Below the pieces are notes generated by a model that saw nothing but the letters and a program-made list of their open reading frames with translations, did not search any database and was not told the origin of the DNA. DNA of 63,713 nt, filler included, from Thraustochytrium aureum (Eukaryota), in NCBI GenBank assembly GCA_012862495.1. It is 10 parts of 6 records of this genome, joined end to end, with 100 filler letters (N's around TTAATTAATTAA, not from the genome) between each part and the next. Parts side by side here need not be neighbours in the genome. Positions count along the whole stretch, not along the records: positions 57,431 to 61,257 come from BLSG01000117.1; positions 61,358 to 62,515 come from BLSG01000117.1; positions 62,616 to 63,713 come from BLSG01000120.1; 7 more parts are not named here. One strand, given 5' to 3'. Below, piece by piece: positions 57,568-63,713 of this stretch. The position numbers and the translations under genes are program-made. How positions within the stretch are numbered: position 1 is the stretch's first letter; the number at the start of each line of letters is the position of its first letter.

Positions 57568-60177
57568 TTAGGCGGGCCGAGAAACCGGCGAGCGGGTCGG
57601 CCGCAAGGTGGCCACCGTTTCGATGTTGTGCAGGGCCATCATCGTCCTGGAGCTCGAGTCGTCGTAGACCACACCCACGTGGTCCGTGATGCGCGACTTG
57701 AGCTCGTGGTTCGATGAGCCCTTCTGGTACTCTGTCAACTTGGTCCAGCCGGCCCCGTCTTGGAACTCGTGGATCGTCGTGTAGGTCGCGTACTTGACGC
57801 CGCGCCGCTTCGGGATGACGAGGATGGACGCGGTGATCATGCGGCGATCCTTGATCGCAGCCGTGATAGAGAGGGCATCTGTGCCCCGGGGGTGGGCTCG
57901 GGTCCACAAGCGCCTCGTACGCCCACGTGTTCCCGGCGTCGAAGAATACACAAGGGCGGATGTCCGAACTCGAGCTGAGGACCGCATCTGGCGAGCAAAA
58001 GGCAACGATGCGCGTCTGGCCGACTGAGGCTGGGAGCGGCACGAGCTGAAGCTCGGCGGGGCGACCAGACATACCCGTGTCCCGGGAGGAGGAGCGCGCC
58101 CACGAACCGGTTCCGCGCTCGTATACATAAATCGCTTCTGCTCCGGTCCCCCTGTCACGACCCTGGCACAGGAGCGTCGAGCCATCGGTGTGAGCATGGC
58201 GCAACTCCACGAGCGGCGGGTCGACCGTGGCCTCGTTTTCCCAGCCAGTGAGCATCCTCCGGTAAATGAAGGCTACAGCGCGGTTGCCGGTGTGGCGAGC
58301 GCGAACCAGAAGCGTGTCCGTGGCCAGCTGAATGCTGAACAAGTCCCACGAATCCGTGATCGACGCCTCAAAGACCCAGTCTCCACTCTCTGTGCGCCCA
58401 TAGATGACGATCTCGCCGTTGCCCATCGCGAAGGCGAGCGTGTCCTCAGACAAGTCGACAAAGGCGACGTCTCGGTTCTCGCCATCCCAGTCCTTTGGCA
58501 CACCCACGAGATCAAAGCTCCTCCTCTTGTCGGTCAGCGTGAGCCGAACAAAGGTAGAGGTTTGCGACACGGTGGCCAAGACCTCACGCGACCACGAAAA
58601 GGGCGTGCTCAGCTTCTTGTGCGAGAATGTGCGGAAAGGCTTGTGCACCGCAGCGACGTACCGCGTGGGCGAAACCGTCGGCGCGGGCGAGCTAGTCGGG
58701 TTTGGACGGTCCTCCACTCGCGTCGGCCTCATCGTGGGCGCCGGTGTGGGCCTGCGCGTGCGCCTCGGCACCGGCGCCTTCGTGGGCCGCCCAGTCGACG
58801 GGGCAGGGGTGCGAACGTTGGTGTGCCCCTCCGTCACGCGCTTGAGCTCAAAGAACAACGCCGCTCCCGTCTCGAGCGGGGTGGCGCCGGTGTTGCCGCC
58901 CTTAAAAGGGTACGTGTAGCTGACCACGGCCGTCTCCCCCACCAAGCCGAGGTGAAACACGGCCTGGTTGTCCGCCCACCACGCCTCGAACTGGGCTCGA
59001 CTCAGCCCGCCTTCAAAGTCCTCGCCCTGTACAAGCACATAGCTGAGACGGCTGGCCTCAGAAAACGTCTCGGTCTTGCGGTTAAACTCCAGCGCGACAA
59101 TCTCGACGCTGATCGATGCGCAGAGGCCGCACTCAATCGGAAAGGCCTGCTCGTCCCAGTTCGGATCGCGCTCGCTCACGGGGCAGCTGCACTCGCTCTC
59201 GGGGCGCCGCATCGGCACGAGGCTGGCCACTGCGATCCGCTCGTTCGTCATGGCAACCCGCACCTTGCGCCACTTGCCGCTGCCTACCTCGAAGGCGTTC
59301 TGGAGCTCCCAGTTTTCTTTTTCGTGAGTGAAAACGTGCGCAGAGACTTGGTCGTTCGAGTCGTCGACGGTGGTGAACACTGCAAACTTGCCCGACGGCG
59401 ACGCCGCCCCAGAGAAACTCCACTCGTGGCCGTTCTTGATCGAGAACTCGCTCACGTACAGACCCTTGTTGCGCAGCGGCCAGCTCTTGTCCGGCCGTTT
59501 GTTGATGAACATCATGGTCAACGGGTCGTCGTTGTACGAAGCAAAGTCCGTGGCCACCCAGTCGCCTCCGCTCAGCGCCACATAGTCCCAGCCTACCTCG
59601 CCCTCGTCGCTGTCGTCCATGTGCAGCCGGCGCTTCTCGACCCATCCCTCCGACTTGCCCCACTCGAAGACGTACAGGGCGGCAGAGTACCAAAAGTAGA
59701 TATCATCCGCGCCGGAGGGGTCTGACGAGGCGACGACAAGCGTGGTCGAGTGCAGCGAGATCCGAGAGATCCTCCACGATCGGAAGATCAGCGACTCGAG
59801 AGCCCATCCTTTCCTGCTCTTGGCAAAGATCTGGATCTCCTGCTCGCCCACCTGGACCGCCACGCGGTTGCGGCCAGCACGACTTCGGTGATCGCCATGC
59901 CCGCGTTGCTAGGCGTGTCGACGATCTTGACCTCGGCGGCGCTCGTGCTCCACGTGTCGCCCTTGCGCGAGAAGGTGAAAAACGAGCGCTCCTTGTGGCC
60001 GACCATCTTGTTGCCAAACGCGACGCACTTGCCAAACCCTGGCAAGTTGAGCTTGGCATAGGGGGCCGTTGCCCGTGCGAGGAGCCTCGTGCTTTCCTCG
60101 GCCGGCACGACGCCGCCAACGAGGCTCGCGCTCAACACGGCCGCCGCGGCCGCCGCGAGGAGGGCGCCCAGCTTCAT
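57568..60177 (-). CDS. Secreted protein with two beta-propeller-like (FG-GAP-like) halves and a Pro/Thr linker (frameshifts ~59870 and ~57890)
   Basis: Signal peptide MKLGALLAAAAAAVLSA; recurring blade-like motifs (IQIFAKSRKGWALES, LYVFEWGKSEGWVEK, HVFTHEKENWELQ, IVIYGRTESGDWVFEA, IYVYERGTGSW); linker PTKAP..RRPTPAPTMRPT..PAPTVSPT. Confidence 0.7.
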
Positions 60178-60193
60178 CGTACGGTACAGAGTC

Positions 60194-60259
60194 CGCTGCG
60201 AGGCGCGCTGCGAGGCGCGCTGCGAGGCGCGCTGCGAGGCGCGCTGCGAGGCGCGCTGC
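60194..60259 (+). repeat. 12-bp tandem repeat (CGCTGCGAGGCG) x5.5
   Basis: Read directly; lies 17 bp upstream of the ATG at 60177. Confidence 0.92.
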
Positions 60260-61357
60260 AAGCGCGCGCGTCCGGAAAGCCTGGCACGCTGTCAGCTGTT
60301 CGACACCCGCGTGGAGAGAAGGCGGTACCGCCGTCGCCGCAGAATGTTCGGGGTCTGCCCGGCTCGCGTCAAATGCAACGAGCGGCTCCCGACTCTCTCG
60401 CGTCCATCGTTCGTTTTTGCAAATGCAATGCTTTCATTGCAAATTGCGAATGCAAAAACGAAGGACGTCGATAAAAACGCAAAGAGCCTCGCAACTTGTC
60501 GCAAGAGCGAACATCGTACTCGAGCCCATGCCGGAGAGAAGAGGCGCCACAAAACCTGCGGCGCTGCACCTGCGAATCCTTCCCAACCTACCTACCTCCT
60601 CCATGGTGGCCTGGGCGCGTGACGGGCCCGACACCAAGCAAGTGCTGACCTCCAGCTGATTCTTGAATGGACGAACCATGACCTCAAGGCGCTTGATGAA
60701 CCAATGCAGCTTGTCGAATGGACGGACGCACACGACGCGTCGCGGGTATAGCGACACCAGGACTCGAGCGCCGGTACCAAAGCAATAAGCGCAAAACGAT
60801 CGAGGCAAGACGAGCACAGCCTGCAAAACGTCCGAGGGCCCGGTGTTTCGCGCTCTGTCTTCCCCTCGATGCCAATCTCGCCTGCGACCGCCCCCTCCGT
60901 GCATTACAATTGTTTTTTTCGAAGCACTCGAACGAGTTGGGTGGTTGGTTGGAATGAACCTCCGAGCGTCGCAGCGCGGCGCACAGCCATCATTGATCTG
61001 GCAGGAGGATCGTCGTTGCGGTTTACTCTACTCTTCTCCACACCGCGTCGATCCTTTCGCGTCGTCTGCCGCCCTAACCCTGGCGCAAGTTGGATCCACC
61101 TCGCCTTGCCCGGCTTCTTTCCACATGGCGGCCCAGAAATGAGAGACACGAGGAGTTCGAGTAGTGGAGAGGAGGAATGACTGTGAAATTGAGGTCATGA
61201 TTGACGGCGTCCTGTGCTGACGGCGCAAGAACACACTCTGATCAGGCTGGCGGCACTNNNNNNNNNNNNNNNNNNNNNNNNNNNNNNNNNNNNNNNNNNN
61301 NTTAATTAATTAANNNNNNNNNNNNNNNNNNNNNNNNNNNNNNNNNNNNNNNNNNNN

Positions 61358-62166
61358 ATGTGGATCGTTTCCGTCTCGTTTTCGTCGTCTTCGCCGTCAC
61401 CGGCAGCGGCGCGTTCGGGGTTTACTGAGCTGCTCGCGGGCTCGGCGACGTCCTCCAGGCCAAGCTCATCGGCCCCCGCAGCAGTCACTAGCGCTGGGCT
61501 AGGCGCGGCGCTTCTGCCCGCTTGGGACGACAAGCTCGTCGAGTGCATGTCAGTGGAGCGCTGGTTCTCGACGGCGCTGTCGAGGTGCTTGCCGAGTTTG
61601 TTCTTGCGGCGCTTGAGAATCATGCTGGGCTTGATTTTGTGCACCGCAACGTCGAGGAGCAGAAATAGAACGATTCCGCCAAAGAACGTGACCGTCGCCA
61701 TGATCTGGGCGGGTGCTGCAGGGTCCTCGTGCTCCCAGAGGCAGTTGCAATCCTCGAAAGCGACGGCCGACTTGACAAAAATCTCCACGAATGACACGTA
61801 CAGCATGACGCCGCCAGAGAAGCCGAGCGAGGCGGCCAGGACGAGGCTGTTGGTGCGGGTCACGAACCGATCGAAGAACACGAGTGCCGCGCCCAGGCTG
61901 GTCGCGAGCCCAGCTGCTGCCACGAGCGCAAAGCCGAGCGGCGCGTTCGCTTGCATGTCCACCTTGGGCTCTGGCTCCGCCACCTCAGTACAGGCAGAGA
62001 GGCACAATTCGGCCAAGCTGGCGTTGTCAAGGCTCGCGTTCGCGCCGGCCGACTGCGCGTCGCAGACCAGCAGCAAGTCCATTTCGCCGCTTGCGCACGC
62101 TGCAAGGGCCAAGAGCGCGGTCGCTGTAATTGCTGTTCGCAGCCAGGCCCGCTTCGCCGGCCGCAT
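61358..62166 (-). CDS. zupT: ZIP-family zinc transporter, ZupT-like (3' truncated at scaffold end)
   Basis: FALVAAAGLATSLGA, LAASLGFSGGVMLYVSFVEIFVKS and TFFGGI; N-terminal signal-like segment. Confidence 0.85.
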
Positions 62167-62615
62167 GGTGTCAACGCTGCTCTGTGCCGCTCGTCTCGGC
62201 ACGGCTCCGGTCAGCTAGCAGCGGGTGGGCTCTAGTACTCTTCGGCGGCAGTGGCGAATGGGGTCTGCTCGGAGCTGCCGCTGCGTCCTGTGCAGCTCGG
62301 CCACGAGGGACCCTCCCTCGGCTGGCGCAAGTCGCGCTGCGTGCATGGACAGATAGGTTTGGCAAGGAGGATCCTCCTTCGGTTTGGGGCTTCTGGCAAC
62401 GTTTCTGAGTGACTCGGACGCGTTTCACAACTCAAGACTTGGTGCCCTGTCGAGATGGCAACTCCCCATCTCGGCAGGTCCCACGCACCGCAGCCAAGGA
62501 CCACAGGACTCTTGGNNNNNNNNNNNNNNNNNNNNNNNNNNNNNNNNNNNNNNNNNNNNTTAATTAATTAANNNNNNNNNNNNNNNNNNNNNNNNNNNNN
62601 NNNNNNNNNNNNNNN

Positions 62616-63713
62616 AAATACCGCGGTACGTTGTGCCGCGCGCACACGGCGTTGGCGGGCAGGACTGCGGTCCGAGCGGAGCGCGCAGGATGCCCGAGCT
62701 CCAAGACCTGGGCATGATTGATGCCGGCCTGGTCGAAGTCGGCAAGCAGGGGGTGGCTGCGGGAGACCTTCTGGAAGGGGCGGAGCTGGCCAGCGTCTTC
62801 AACGACGACGTGGGCAACGACCACACCACGACCACCGGCGCGCGGCGCAACGAGCTTGGCCAAGCGGGCTCTAGCGTGAGGCTCGGCCACGACCGCGGCT
62901 ACGACGCCTTCGAGGTCGAACCCAAGCCTCGACTTTGGCAACTTCGATCGACTCTACCAAGACCCCGATTGCGGCAACGCAATCAACGTCCTGACGCCGA
63001 GCGTGAGACGCGAAAGCGCGTACGCGTTCGTCCCGCCGCCGCTGAGCCCCGCGGACTGCGAGAAAACGTCCAAGCGCTCGAGGGAGAACGACTGGGAGCC
63101 GAAGAGCGACGATGAAGAGTCGAACCCCCCGAGCCCGCCAGCGCAACCGGTGCGCGAGCCCTCTGTGGCGGACGGGAAGAGCTCGATGACGCTCGAAATG
63201 CTCAGCGCGACTTTCAACGAGATTGCTGAGCACCTCAAGATCAACGATCGCGGCGAGCGCGACTGGGACGGCGTCTACAAAAGGCTGGCGGCCGAGTTCG
63301 ACTGGGTGACTGAGGTGTTCGAAGGCAAACGCCCTCTGTTCAAACAGAAGATGAAGCTGCTGCTGCAAGAGCGACGCATGCGCACGCAGCTCGGGTTTTG
63401 GAAAAAGCTCAAGGTGCTGTCGATCAAGAGCCCGTGCGCGGAGGCGGAGCTTGCAGGCCAGATCACGTCCAGCGTTTGCGCTGTTTTCCCAACCGCCGTT
63501 TGGGACTTTACGCTCATCGCGCGGTATCTGCTGGATCGCGTCCAGAAGAACGAGCCCAACCCGGGCGCTGTGGTCGAATGGCCTGCGGGCCCGCGCAACG
63601 ACATGATCGCAAAGCTGCTGGATCTGCACGTTGCGGCCGGATATACGTTTTACAAAGTGTGGGAGTGCTTCAAGGGGATTTTTCGTCCCGTCAGAGGTCG
63701 AAATGGCCATTCT
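62616..63713 (+). CDS. Hypothetical protein, partial at both ends (frameshift ~62922)
   Basis: The frame from ~62922 (PSLDFGNFDRLYQD...MTLEMLSATFNEIAEHLKIND...RTQLGFWKKLKVL...YTFYKVWECFKG) stays open to the window end. It is absent from the ORF track because it has no stop. Confidence 0.55.

Noticed and set aside
21955..62571. Nine recurrences of TTAATTAATTAA that could be read as a repeat array or TTAA transposon targets
   Set aside because: Each is centred in N44 flanks and has stops in all six frames, so it is an artificial contig linker.

Overview
GC-rich, gene-dense eukaryotic draft assembly, not a prokaryote. The window concatenates 10 unrelated, gapped scaffolds joined by artificial N44-TTAATTAATTAA-N44 linkers, so gene adjacency across linkers has no meaning. 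About 24 essentially intronless protein-coding genes are visible. Conserved eukaryotic genes include CDC6, PCID2, DCN1, SCAMP, TMEM184, an LPLAT acyltransferase, SET-domain and EF-hand proteins, ZIP and MFS transporters and a GST. Many are broken by single-base indels in short homopolymers, most likely sequencing errors. The gene style suggests a stramenopile such as a labyrinthulomycete, but that is inference. The most notable items are: (i) a non-coding array of 15 ACGG-core units with alternating fixed 19-bp and variable 23-28-bp spacing upstream of PCID2; (ii) a type I membrane lysyl oxidase with intact catalytic residues and Cys-rich repeats; (iii) unusual domain fusions (sAC-like cyclase-STAND NTPase-PH, myristoyl-ANK-WW-degenerate kinesin, F-box-degenerate FH2-villin headpiece, HMG-box-PAH, tandem sulfotransferase-like); (iv) a TLC/NTT ATP/ADP translocase; and (v) a small dispersed repeat family. 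No rRNA, tRNA, CRISPR array or transposase was recognised. All protein calls come from motif recognition by eye, not database searches.
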